From assembly GCF_041083715.1 (NCBI RefSeq), contig NZ_JBFPGY010000027.1, forward strand, positions 1-49,361: a DNA stretch of 49,361 nucleotides, read 5' to 3'. This document shows, in pieces, positions 33,357-45,354 of the stretch (positions are counted from its first letter, which is position 1; every line of letters starts with the position of its first letter). The stretch is from Sphaerotilus sp. Its GTDB lineage: Bacteria > Pseudomonadota > Gammaproteobacteria > Burkholderiales > Burkholderiaceae_C. The translations under genes were made by a program, and so were the position numbers. The notes below the pieces were generated by a model, which did not search any database, was not told the origin of the DNA, and saw only the letters and a program-made list of their open reading frames with translations.

Positions 33357-34256
33357 TCAGACCAGCCCGCGGGCCTGCGCCAGCCGGTGCAGGCCACGCG
33401 CAGTCAGCGCTTCCGCATGGGCAATGCCGATGGCGCCCAGCAGCGCCAGCGCACGCGCATACCGCGTGACCAGCGCCGATCCGCCGACCAGGTGGATGGC
33501 GGCACCGGCCGATGGCGCCAGCAGGTCACGCAGTTCGTGTCCGATCAGCAGTCCGGACAGGTACGACGGCGCCTGGGCCGCAGCGAGCTGGCCGAACAGG
33601 CCCTGCGTCCGCACGCCAAACAGGTGGTTCGCCAGCCCCCCCGATCCGCCGCTCGCGACCACACCGCGCGCGAAGGCGTCCGCATCGTCCACGTCACTGG
33701 CCAGCGTGGCCGGCATCAACGCCGCCAGCAGACTCTGTTCGCGCAGCAGCGCGTACAGCTCACCCGTCATCGCCGTGCGCAGCGAAACGATGCAGCCATC
33801 CTGCACCTGCACCCACTTGCTGTGCGTACCGGGCAGGCAGACCGTGTGCGGGCCATCGCCGGGCAGGTTCGGCAGCAGGCCGAGCACCTGGGTCTCTTCA
33901 CCACGCATGACCTCGGGCGAACGACCGCCGGGACGGTGCGCCAGCCCGGGCGCGATGAAAACGCGGCGCCCAGGCAAGCTGGCTGCCGGCACCTCGACCA
34001 GCCCTGCCGCGATCTCCGACAGACCGGCAGGCCCCTGGACATACGGCACCTCGTGCCAGCCACTGCGGCTGCCGACCATGCCGGCCAGCAGAATCACCGG
34101 GTCGTCCCAGCCCGCGATCTGACGGCAAAGCACGGACTCGAAGTCGCCGCCACAGGCGAGCAGTCCGGCGGCGGCACTCCGCTGATCGAGCACCTCGCCA
34201 TGGACCCCGAGCCGGTAGGCGCGCAAGCTGGTCGTGCCCCAGTCGATGGTGATCAT
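33357..34256 (-). CDS. dgoK: 2-dehydro-3-deoxygalactonokinase
   Basis: IDWGTTSLRAY, GMVGSRSGW, VMRGEETQ, PGTHSKW, MTGEL, SGLLIGHE. Confidence 0.92.
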   Translation of the reverse strand: MITIDWGTTSLRAYRLGVHGEVLDQRSAAAGLLACGGDFESVLCRQIAGWDDPVILLAGMVGSRSGWHEVPYVQGPAGLSEIAAGLVEVPAASLPGRRVFIAPGLAHRPGGRSPEVMRGEETQVLGLLPNLPGDGPHTVCLPGTHSKWVQVQDGCIVSLRTAMTGELYALLREQSLLAALMPATLASDVDDADAFARGVVASGGSGGLANHLFGVRTQGLFGQLAAAQAPSYLSGLLIGHELRDLLAPSAGAAIHLVGGSALVTRYARALALLGAIGIAHAEALTARGLHRLAQARGLV

Positions 34257-34861
34257 GCTGCGGCGCGGCAAGCGGCCACGAATCCGCGGGCCAGCGCGGC
34301 GGTGCGGCCGGCATCTTGCCCTGGTCGGTAGAGGTCGCCGCCCAGCCCGGCACCGGTGCAGCCCGCACGCAGGTAATCGCCAAGGTTGTCGGGCGTGATG
34401 CCGCCCACCGCGAACAGCGGCACCGGCGGCAACACGGCGCGCAGCGCCTTCACATGGCCCGGCCCGTAGGTGGTCGCAGGAAACAGCTTGAGCGCGTGCG
34501 CGCCGGCATCGAGCGCCTCGAAGGCTTCGCTTGCCGTGGCGAAGCCCGCCGCGACTTGCAAGCCACTGGCAACTGCATGGGCGATGGTGGCGGGCCGCGT
34601 GTTCGGCGTGACCATCAACCGACCGCCGGCAGCCACCAGCGCGTCCACGTCGGTCTCGCGCAGCACGGTGCCGGCGCCGATCAATACACGATCGCCGAAG
34701 GCATCGACGAGGCGCCGCACGCTCAGCGCCCAGTCGGGCGAGTTCAGTGGCACTTCGATGGCGTCAAAGCCGGCGTCGACCAGTGCGCCTGCATGGTCGA
34801 GCACCTCGTCCGGCGTCACACCACGCAGGATGGCAATCAGCGGAAGCGAGGTCTGCCACAT
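34253..34861 (-). CDS. dgoA: 2-dehydro-3-deoxy-6-phosphogalactonate aldolase
   Basis: LPLIAILRG, EVPLNSP, IGAGTVL, LKLFPA, AVGG; recognisably similar to enterobacterial DgoA. Confidence 0.92.
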   Translation of the reverse strand: MWQTSLPLIAILRGVTPDEVLDHAGALVDAGFDAIEVPLNSPDWALSVRRLVDAFGDRVLIGAGTVLRETDVDALVAAGGRLMVTPNTRPATIAHAVASGLQVAAGFATASEAFEALDAGAHALKLFPATTYGPGHVKALRAVLPPVPLFAVGGITPDNLGDYLRAGCTGAGLGGDLYRPGQDAGRTAALARGFVAACRAAA

Positions 34862-34873
34862 GGCCTCAGGCCC

Positions 34874-36472
<1,599 letters not shown>

Positions 36473-36479
36473 GGAAAAC

Positions 36480-37730
36480 TCAGGCGACCACGTGTGCCGC
36501 GTGCGGCGGCGTGGCGGGATGGCGTCGGAAGTGGCGCAGTGCGAGCACGGTGGCCGTGACCTGCAGCGCCGAACAGAGGAAGAACGGCGCACCGATGCGC
36601 CAGTCGCCGCGGGGCAGGTGCGACACGAACCCGAGCAGCGCCGAGCCGATGACCGGCGCGAACACGGCGGTCAGGCTGTTGAGCGAACCCAGCGCACCCA
36701 GCGTGCGGCCCTGGGCGGACTCGTCGGCGGCGTTGGAAACCAGCGTCTGCATGGCGGCCTGCACCATGAAGCCGAAGACGTTCAGCCCGATGACGGCGTA
36801 CATCATCCAGCCCTCGGTGGCCGCGCCCCACAGGGCGTAGGTGCAGGCCGAGGAGATCAGGCCGATGACGGCGATGCGCTGCGGCGACGTGCGCTTGAGA
36901 GCCACACGGATCAGCCCGCCCTGCACCAGCACCGACATCACGCCCACGGCGAACAGCGACCAGCCGTTTTCCTTGGGGCCCCAGCCGAACTTGAAGGTGG
37001 TGTAGAGCACCCAGGTGGTGTGCAGGATGAACTGCGCCAGGCTGGACAGGCCCATCACGAACACCAGCGGACCAACACCGCGCAGTTCGGTCAGGCGGCG
37101 CAGAGAGGCCACCGGATTGACCTTGGTCCAGTCGATCGCCGGGCTGCGGCGCTCCACCGGCAATGACTCGGGCAGCACGAAGGCGCCATAGAGCGCGTTC
37201 AGCACCGCCAGCCCGCCTGCCACGAAAAATGGCAGGTGCAGGTTGATGGCGCCCAGCAGCCCGCCCATGACCGGACCGAGGATGAAGCCCATGCCGAACA
37301 TCGCGCCCAGCAGGCCGAACCGCTTGGCGCGCTGGTCAGGCGCGCTGATGTCGGCGACATAGGCCTGCGCGATGGACGCATTGGCCTGCAGCGCGCCGCT
37401 GACCAGCCGCACCGCCACCAGCATCCACAGCGCCGTCGCCAGCCCCGTGACGAAGAAGCTCAGCGCCAGTCCGGTGAACCCGAGCAGCAGCACGGGCCGG
37501 CGGCCATAGCGGTCCGACAGCGCCCCCAGCACCGGCGAGCCGATGAAGTTGGCCACGCCGAAGGCGAAGGTCACCACGCCGTACCAGAAGGCCTGGTCGG
37601 CCTGCGAGCCGGTGAACTTGCCCACCAGCGGCGCCAGCACCGGGATGATCAGGCCGATGGCGACCATGTCGATCAGCACGGTGATCATGATGAAAGGCAT
37701 GGCCGCAGCGCGGCCCTTCGGCGTCGACAT
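36480..37730 (-). CDS. MFS transporter, TCR/Tet (DHA1) family
   Basis: About 12 TM helices, motif [19 protein letters not shown], motif [15 protein letters not shown]. Confidence 0.88.
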   Translation of the reverse strand: MSTPKGRAAAMPFIMITVLIDMVAIGLIIPVLAPLVGKFTGSQADQAFWYGVVTFAFGVANFIGSPVLGALSDRYGRRPVLLLGFTGLALSFFVTGLATALWMLVAVRLVSGALQANASIAQAYVADISAPDQRAKRFGLLGAMFGMGFILGPVMGGLLGAINLHLPFFVAGGLAVLNALYGAFVLPESLPVERRSPAIDWTKVNPVASLRRLTELRGVGPLVFVMGLSSLAQFILHTTWVLYTTFKFGWGPKENGWSLFAVGVMSVLVQGGLIRVALKRTSPQRIAVIGLISSACTYALWGAATEGWMMYAVIGLNVFGFMVQAAMQTLVSNAADESAQGRTLGALGSLNSLTAVFAPVIGSALLGFVSHLPRGDWRIGAPFFLCSALQVTATVLALRHFRRHPATPPHAAHVVA

Positions 37731-37768
37731 GGGGGCGACGCTCGGATCGTCGGTCGGGCGCAAGCGCG

Positions 37769-39273
<1,505 letters not shown>

Positions 39274-39351
39274 CGGACCCGTTACACGCCCGCCCCTGCC
39301 GGACTGTTGCAGACACACTGCGGGCGCAAGGCCGCCGCTACACTGCGCCCC

Positions 39352-39867
39352 ATGTTTTCGACCTCCAAGCCCCGACAACTGCGTGGCGTGCTGCTGGCCC
39401 TGACGGTGCTGGCACTGGCTCTGCCCTGCGCCGCGCAATGGAAGTGGCGCGACGCCCAAGGCCGCGTGCAATACAGCGACCGACCACCGCCGAACGATGT
39501 CCGCGACCGCGACATCCTGGCCCGGCCAGCTGCAGGGTCCGCAGCACAACGCCCGGCATCGCCAGCCTCCGCATCCACCGGTGCACCGCCAGGCGCGGCA
39601 TCCGCGCCGACGAGCGACCCCGCCCTCGAAGCCCGCAAGCGCCAGGCAGAAGCCACGCAGGACCAGGGCAAGCGCGACGAGGAGGCCCGCGCCGCACGCC
39701 AGAAGGTCGAGAACTGCGCCAGGGCCAAGGAATACGCCCGCACCGTCGAGAGCGGTCAGCGCATCTCGCGCACCAACGACAAGGGCGAGCGCGAGTTCCT
39801 CGACGACGCTCAGCGCACCCGGGAATCGATCCGCGCCCGCGAAATCATCGCGAGCGACTGCCGCTGA
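39352..39867 (+). CDS. DUF4124 domain exported protein
   Basis: Signal peptide then QWKWRDAQGRVQYSDRPPP; two Cys; GEREFLDD. Confidence 0.85.
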   Translation: MFSTSKPRQLRGVLLALTVLALALPCAAQWKWRDAQGRVQYSDRPPPNDVRDRDILARPAAGSAAQRPASPASASTGAPPGAASAPTSDPALEARKRQAEATQDQGKRDEEARAARQKVENCARAKEYARTVESGQRISRTNDKGEREFLDDAQRTRESIRAREIIASDCR

Positions 39868-40201
39868 CCCGCTGGCGACCCCGCTCGCCCTGCGCCCGGT
39901 AGCGCACGCGGCGAGCCTCCTTGGGATCGACGATCAGCGGCCGGCACAGCTCCAGCCGGTCGCCGTCGTGCAGCACCGCAGAGGGCGGCACCGCCCGCCC
40001 CCAGACAGCCACCGTCACCTGCTCCAGGTCGAAGCCCGGATGCCGTGCCGGCAACCCCGCTGCGATCACGGCATGCCCGGCGGTCGCACCGGCTGGCAGA
40101 TCGAACACCTGCAGATCCACCTGCCGCGGTGCCGGGCTGTAGACCACCTCGACCCGGATCGTCACCACGCCCGGCCCGACTGCCGACTCAACGCTGGCCA
40201 T
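39845..40201 (-). CDS. ratB: RnfH/RatB family ubiquitin-like protein
   Basis: [30 protein letters not shown]; downstream of ratA. Confidence 0.85.
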   Translation of the reverse strand: MASVESAVGPGVVTIRVEVVYSPAPRQVDLQVFDLPAGATAGHAVIAAGLPARHPGFDLEQVTVAVWGRAVPPSAVLHDGDRLELCRPLIVDPKEARRVRYRAQGERGRQRVSGSRSR

Positions 40202-40631
40202 GGACCTGCTCGGCACGGGCCACGAAGGCATCGACGAAGGTGTTGGCGATGCGGTCGAACACGGGGCTGACGACCAGTTCCAGCGGCCGGCTGGCGAAGG
40301 CGTACGACAACTCGAATTCGACCTTGCACGCCTTCCCGTCCGGCCCGATCGGCAGGAAGCGCCAGACGCCTTCCAGGTGCGAGAACGGCCCATCCACCAG
40401 ACTCATGCCGACGGACTGGCCATCGACATGGGTGTTGCGGGTGGTGAAGGCGTGGCGCACGCCGGCATAGGCCAGGTGCAGCCGGGCGGTCACCACACCC
40501 GGCTCCTGCGACAGCACTTCGGCCCGCTGGCACCACGGCAGAAACTGCGGATACGCGGGCACATCGACCACGAGATCGAACATCTCGCGGGGCGAGTACC
40601 AGAGGAGAACGGATTTTTTGACGTGCTTCAC
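40188..40631 (-). CDS. ratA: RatA/PasT (Coq10-like START domain) protein
   Basis: [46 protein letters not shown]; GTG start divergent from smpB. Confidence 0.92.
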   Translation of the reverse strand: MKHVKKSVLLWYSPREMFDLVVDVPAYPQFLPWCQRAEVLSQEPGVVTARLHLAYAGVRHAFTTRNTHVDGQSVGMSLVDGPFSHLEGVWRFLPIGPDGKACKVEFELSYAFASRPLELVVSPVFDRIANTFVDAFVARAEQVHGQR

Positions 40632-40658
40632 AATGCGGGGATTGTATTGAGGCTGCCC

Positions 40659-41147
40659 ATGTCCACCGCCCACACTTCCGCCACCATTGCAGAAAACAGA
40701 AAAGCGCATTTCAACTACCACATCGAGGAGCGCCACGAGGCGGGCGTCGTGCTGGAGGGCTGGGAGATCAAGGCCATCCGCGAAGGCCAGGTGCAGCTCA
40801 CCGACGGCCACGCGGTGATCAAGAACGGCGAGCTGTTCCTGATCGGCTGCCGCATCAACGCGCTGCGCAGCGCCTCCACCCACGTGCGCCCCGAGGCCGA
40901 CCGCACCAAGAAGCTGCTGATGCACAAGGCGGAGATCAAGCGTCTGATCGGCAAGGTCGAGCAGAAGGGCTACACGCTGGTGCCACTGAACCTGCACTAC
41001 AAGGGCGGGCGGGTGAAGGCCGAGATCGCGCTGGCCAAGGGCAAGGCCGAGCACGACAAGCGCGACACCGAGAAGAAACGCGACTGGGAGCGCGAGAAGG
41101 GCCGCCTGATGCGCCACAAGGTCTCGAGCCCGCGCAAGGACGCCTGA
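40659..41147 (+). CDS. smpB: SsrA-binding protein
   Basis: [41 protein letters not shown]. Confidence 0.97.
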   Translation: MSTAHTSATIAENRKAHFNYHIEERHEAGVVLEGWEIKAIREGQVQLTDGHAVIKNGELFLIGCRINALRSASTHVRPEADRTKKLLMHKAEIKRLIGKVEQKGYTLVPLNLHYKGGRVKAEIALAKGKAEHDKRDTEKKRDWEREKGRLMRHKVSSPRKDA

Positions 41148-41149
41148 GC

Positions 41150-42193
41150 ATGCGGCTGGTCGCCAGCAGCACGGGTGCGGGCGAACGTCTCGCGGTGCTG
41201 GATGGCTGGCGCGGCCTCGCGGTGCTGACCCTGCTCGCAGGCCACTTCGTGCCGCACCTGGGGCTCGACGCCCCGGCCTGGTCGGCCAACTTCGGGCGGG
41301 TCGGCGTGGAGCTGTTCCTTGCGCTGTCGGGCTGTCTGATGGGCACGCTGCTGTTCGAGCGGGAGATGGCACTGCGGACATTCGCCGCGCGGCGCTTCGC
41401 GCGCATCGTGCCGTCGATGTGGGTGTTCCTGGCGGTGGCCTGCGGCGTGACCCTGCTGCGCGGCGGGCCGCTGACAGCCACGTCGGTCGGCCTGAGCCTG
41501 ACGGGTTGGGCCAACGTCCAGCCACTGCTCGATGCCGGCGAGCAGCCGGTGCGGCTCGGGCACCTCTGGTCGGTGTGCGTCGAGCTGCAGGGCTACGCCG
41601 TGCTCGGCGGGCTGGCAGCTGTCTCGCGGCGCTGGCGGCTGGACCCGGTCGTGCTGATCGGCACCGTGGTCGCACTGGGCTGGGCAGCGCTCGGGCTGCA
41701 GGTCGCATGCGGTGCGCCGCTGCCCTACTACACCACCTTCTGGCGCCCGGACACACGGCTGACCGCGATGCTGCTCGGCACGCTGTTCGTGGCCATGCAC
41801 GACCGCGACCGATGGCGGTGGGACCGGCTGCCAGCGTGGCCGCTGGTGCTTGGCACAGGCCTGCTGCTGCAGGTGAATCTGGTGCCGGACGTGTTCAAGT
41901 ACACCATCGGCGCGGCGCTGATCGCACTCGGCTGCGCAGGGTTGTCGCGGGCAGCCGGGCCGGGGTCGCGCTGGCTGGGTCATCCGGCGTTGGTCGCCTT
42001 CGGGACCGCGTCCTACAGCCTCTACCTGTGGCAGCAGATCTTCTATGCCGACAAGGGGCTGCTGCGCTGGCCGGTGGCGCTCGCGATGGCGGTGCTCACG
42101 GGGTTTGCCGCACACCACCTGTGGGACCGCTGGCTGCACCAGTGGACGGCGGCGCGGCTGGAGCGCCAGCGCTGGCGGCCGCGGGCCATCTGA
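41150..42193 (+). CDS. Acyltransferase family 3 (OafA/YrhL-like) membrane protein
   Basis: LDGWRGLAV, GVELFLALSG, RRFARIVP, HLWSVCVELQ, SYSLYLWQ motifs. Confidence 0.85.
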   Translation: MRLVASSTGAGERLAVLDGWRGLAVLTLLAGHFVPHLGLDAPAWSANFGRVGVELFLALSGCLMGTLLFEREMALRTFAARRFARIVPSMWVFLAVACGVTLLRGGPLTATSVGLSLTGWANVQPLLDAGEQPVRLGHLWSVCVELQGYAVLGGLAAVSRRWRLDPVVLIGTVVALGWAALGLQVACGAPLPYYTTFWRPDTRLTAMLLGTLFVAMHDRDRWRWDRLPAWPLVLGTGLLLQVNLVPDVFKYTIGAALIALGCAGLSRAAGPGSRWLGHPALVAFGTASYSLYLWQQIFYADKGLLRWPVALAMAVLTGFAAHHLWDRWLHQWTAARLERQRWRPRAI

Positions 42194-42197
42194 TCGG

Positions 42198-43400
42198 CTA
42201 CTCCGCGCGCAGCGCCTCCACCGGATCAAGCCGCGCCGCCCGTCTCGCCGGCATCACCCCCGCGAGCAGCCCCACCGCCATCGCCAGCCCTTCGGCCAGC
42301 ACCACGAAGGGCAGCGGCGTGCTCACCGGCAACGCCGGCAGCAGCAGGTGCGCCCCTTGCGCGATGCCGATGCCGATCGCCAGCCCCAGCGCGCCACCCA
42401 CGGCCGACAGCACCACCGCTTCGCCCAGGAACAGCGCCAGCACCGTGCGCCGCCGCGCACCCAGCGAGATCAGCAAACCGATTTCCGCCGTGCGTTCGGT
42501 GACGGCGATGGTCATGATCGTGACGATGCCGACGCCTCCCACCAGCAGCGAGATGCCGCCCAGCGCGCCCACCGCCGCGGTCACCACGTTGAGGATGTTG
42601 GAGAGCGCGCCCAGCATGTCCGCCTGGGTGACGATGGTGAAATCCTCGCGGCCGTGGCGCGCCTTCATCAACGTGCGCGCCTGCGCGACGACCGCAGCGG
42701 AGGAAGTCGCGTCGGTGTAGGTCAGGTGCAGCTCCATCAGCCCCGGGCGGTTGAACAGCTCCATCGCCCGCGCCACCGGCACATAGGCCACGTCGTCCAG
42801 GTCGATGCCCAGGAACTGCCCGCGCGGCGCCAGCACACCGACGACCCGGAACTGCTGCGTTCCGATGCGGATGCGCGCGCCGAGCGGGCTGTCCGCGCCA
42901 AACAGCTCGCGCTTGAGGCTGGCACCGAGCACCGCGAAGTTGCGCGCGTGCGCCGTGTCCTCGTCCGGCAGGAACTGGCCGACCGACGTCGACAGGTGGA
43001 AGGACGGCAACAACGCCGCGCTTGTGCCGTAGACGATGGCACGCCGCACGCGGCCGTTGGCGCCCATCTCGGCGTTGCCGGTGACGCCCGGTGTGACGCC
43101 GACCAGATTCGGGATGCGCAGGCGCAGCGCATCCGCGTCTTCCAGCGACAGCGGGCGCACCGACGACGGAAAGCCTGGGTTGGTGCCGCCGGTCGACACC
43201 TTCCCCGGCGACAGCGTGACGACGTTGGTGCCGATCTGGCTGAACTCGGACAGCAGAAAGCGGTGCAGTCCTTCGCCGATCGAGGTCAGCAGAATCACGG
43301 CGGCGATGCCGATGGCGATGCCCAGCAGCGTCAGGATGCTGCGTGCACGCTGGGCCGTGATCGAGCGCCAGGCCATCGTGAGGGTGTCGGCGATGCGCAT
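42198..43400 (-). CDS. ABC transporter permease, MacB/FtsX-like
   Basis: RSILTLLGIAIG, periplasmic domain, VTERTAEIG, PARRAARLDPVEALR. Confidence 0.9.
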   Translation of the reverse strand: MRIADTLTMAWRSITAQRARSILTLLGIAIGIAAVILLTSIGEGLHRFLLSEFSQIGTNVVTLSPGKVSTGGTNPGFPSSVRPLSLEDADALRLRIPNLVGVTPGVTGNAEMGANGRVRRAIVYGTSAALLPSFHLSTSVGQFLPDEDTAHARNFAVLGASLKRELFGADSPLGARIRIGTQQFRVVGVLAPRGQFLGIDLDDVAYVPVARAMELFNRPGLMELHLTYTDATSSAAVVAQARTLMKARHGREDFTIVTQADMLGALSNILNVVTAAVGALGGISLLVGGVGIVTIMTIAVTERTAEIGLLISLGARRRTVLALFLGEAVVLSAVGGALGLAIGIGIAQGAHLLLPALPVSTPLPFVVLAEGLAMAVGLLAGVMPARRAARLDPVEALRAE

Positions 43401-43415
43401 GGTGGCGTGCCGATC

Positions 43416-44624
43416 TCAGCGCTTCGAGAGTGCAGCGACCGGCTCCAGCGCCGCCGCCTTGCGCGCCGGCAGCACGCCGAACAGGATGCCGGTGGACAGC
43501 GCCGTGCCGAGTGCGGCGAGCACGGCCCACGTCGGCGGCCAGGCGGGAAAGGTCGGATACGCCGTGCGCACGGCCAGCGCTCCCGCCTGCCCGGCCAGGT
43601 AACCGACCACCGCGCCCGCCACCGACAGCAGCGCCGCTTCGGTCAGGAACACCGCCCGGATCGTCGCTGCCGGTGCGCCCAAGGCCTTGAGCAGGCCGAT
43701 CTCGGACGTGCGCTGCGTGACCGACACCAGCATCACGTTCATCACCAGCACGCCCGCCACCGCCAGGCTGATCGCCGCGATGCCCGCCACACCCGCCGTG
43801 AGCGCACCCAGCACGCGGTCGAAGGTGGCGAGCACGGCATCCTGCGTGATGACGGTGACATCCTCCTCGCCGTCGTGGCGGGTCTTGACCAGCGCCGTCG
43901 CCTGGCGCTTGGCGGCGGGGATGGCGTCGCGGTCGCGCGCTTCGATGAGGATGCGGAACAGCGTGTTCGAGTCGAACATCGCCTGCGCCAGCGCAACCGG
44001 CACAATTGCCAGCTCGTCCGAGTTCAAGCCCAGGCTCTGCCCCGCCGACGCCAGCACACCGATGACGCGCAGCCGCCGCCCGCCCACGCGCACGGTCTGC
44101 CCCAGCGGGTTCTCGGCGCCGAACAACTCGGTGCGCAGCTTGGCGCCCAGCACGATGACAGGCGAGCCGCGGCTCCATTCCTCGTCTGGCAGGAAACGCC
44201 CCTGCCCCATCGCCATGCGCCGCACCGCGAGGTACTCGGCCGTCGTGCCGAGCACCATCGTCTCGCGCAGCCGCCCGGCCAGCGCCACCTCCGACAAGCC
44301 CACCGCCAGTGGCGCGACCCGCCGGACCGACGGCAGCCGCAGCAGCGCGTGCGCATCGTCGATCGTCAGGTCGCGCGGCGTGGTGCTGACCGCATTGGCA
44401 GGGCTGAAGCCGCCGGTCTGCGAGCGGCCCGGCAGCACGATGACGAGGTTGGTGCCGATCGACGAGAACTGGTCGACCACATAGCGCCGCGCGCCATCAC
44501 CCAGCGCCGTCAGCAGCACGACCGCGGCCACGCCGATGGACATCGCGAGCGTCATCAGCACGGTGCGCACCGGACTGCCGGTGGCGGCGTCGCGGGCAAA
44601 GCCGAGGATGTCGAGGGGCCGCAT
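43416..44624 (-). CDS. ABC transporter permease, MacB/FtsX-like
   Basis: VMNVMLVSVTQRTSEIGLLKALGA, PARKAAALEPV. Confidence 0.9.
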   Translation of the reverse strand: MRPLDILGFARDAATGSPVRTVLMTLAMSIGVAAVVLLTALGDGARRYVVDQFSSIGTNLVIVLPGRSQTGGFSPANAVSTTPRDLTIDDAHALLRLPSVRRVAPLAVGLSEVALAGRLRETMVLGTTAEYLAVRRMAMGQGRFLPDEEWSRGSPVIVLGAKLRTELFGAENPLGQTVRVGGRRLRVIGVLASAGQSLGLNSDELAIVPVALAQAMFDSNTLFRILIEARDRDAIPAAKRQATALVKTRHDGEEDVTVITQDAVLATFDRVLGALTAGVAGIAAISLAVAGVLVMNVMLVSVTQRTSEIGLLKALGAPAATIRAVFLTEAALLSVAGAVVGYLAGQAGALAVRTAYPTFPAWPPTWAVLAALGTALSTGILFGVLPARKAAALEPVAALSKR

Positions 44625-44625
44625 G

Positions 44626-45354
44626 TCAGGGGGCCATGGTCGCAGGCATCGCTGCGGGAGTTGCGGCCGGATGCGCGGTGTCGAGCTTCAGGCCACCGTC
44701 TTCCATCATCAGCCGCCGGTGCGCCCGGGCACCGAGTGCGGGGTCGTGGGTGACGACGACCAGCGTCATGCCCGTGGCGTTGAGCGCTTCGAGCAGGCGC
44801 ACCACCTCATCGCCGGTGGCGCGGTCGAGGTTGCCGGTCGGCTCGTCGGCCAGCAGCAGCGCGGGCCGCATGATCGTCGCGCGGGCAATGGCCACGCGCT
44901 GGCGCTGGCCGCCGGAGAGTTCGTTGGGCTTGTGGTTCGCGCGGTTGGTGAGGCCATAGTCCTGCAGCGCCTTCTCGACCCGCTGTGCCCGCTCGCGCGG
45001 CGGCAGGCCGGCCAGCACCATCGGCAACGCGATGTTCTCGGCGGCGGTCAGACGCGGCACGAGGTGGAAGCTCTGGAACACGAAGCCGATGCGCCGGCTG
45101 CGCACCGCCGCCTGCTCGTCCGGCGACAGCGTCGTCACGTCGCGGCCTTCGAGCAGCAGGTGGCCGGTGTTGGGCTGGTCGAGCAGACCGAGGATGTTCA
45201 GCAGCGTGGACTTGCCCGAGCCGCTCGGCCCCATCACCGCCACGTACTCGCCCGCGCCGATGCGCAGGTCGAGCGAGCGCAGTGCATGCACCGCGCTGTC
45301 CCCGAGGTGGAAGACACGCTCGATGCCCTGCAGTTCGATCAGCGGCGCGGTCAC
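44626..45354 (-). CDS. ABC transporter ATP-binding protein (LolD/MacB-type)
   Basis: GPSGSGKST, LSGGQRQRVAIAR, ADEPTGNLD, VTHD. Confidence 0.93.
   Translation of the reverse strand: MTAPLIELQGIERVFHLGDSAVHALRSLDLRIGAGEYVAVMGPSGSGKSTLLNILGLLDQPNTGHLLLEGRDVTTLSPDEQAAVRSRRIGFVFQSFHLVPRLTAAENIALPMVLAGLPPRERAQRVEKALQDYGLTNRANHKPNELSGGQRQRVAIARATIMRPALLLADEPTGNLDRATGDEVVRLLEALNATGMTLVVVTHDPALGARAHRRLMMEDGGLKLDTAHPAATPAAMPATMAP

Noticed and set aside
36480-37730. Calling the MFS gene tetA
   Set aside because: Family motifs only; no tetR or mobile context, and substrate cannot be read from the sequence.
39845-40631. ratA-ratB as a toxin-antitoxin module
   Set aside because: Conserved housekeeping pair; RatA/PasT is a Coq10-like protein linked to ubiquinone function, so this is not a novel TA system.
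40632-41756. Apparent 522-aa RatA with a long N-terminal extension
   Set aside because: The extension is antisense to smpB and the acyltransferase; the RatA fold begins at GTG 40631.
41148-42200. Expected tmRNA (ssrA) or integrated element next to smpB
   Set aside because: No tmRNA-like ends, no intergenic space and no integrase are visible.
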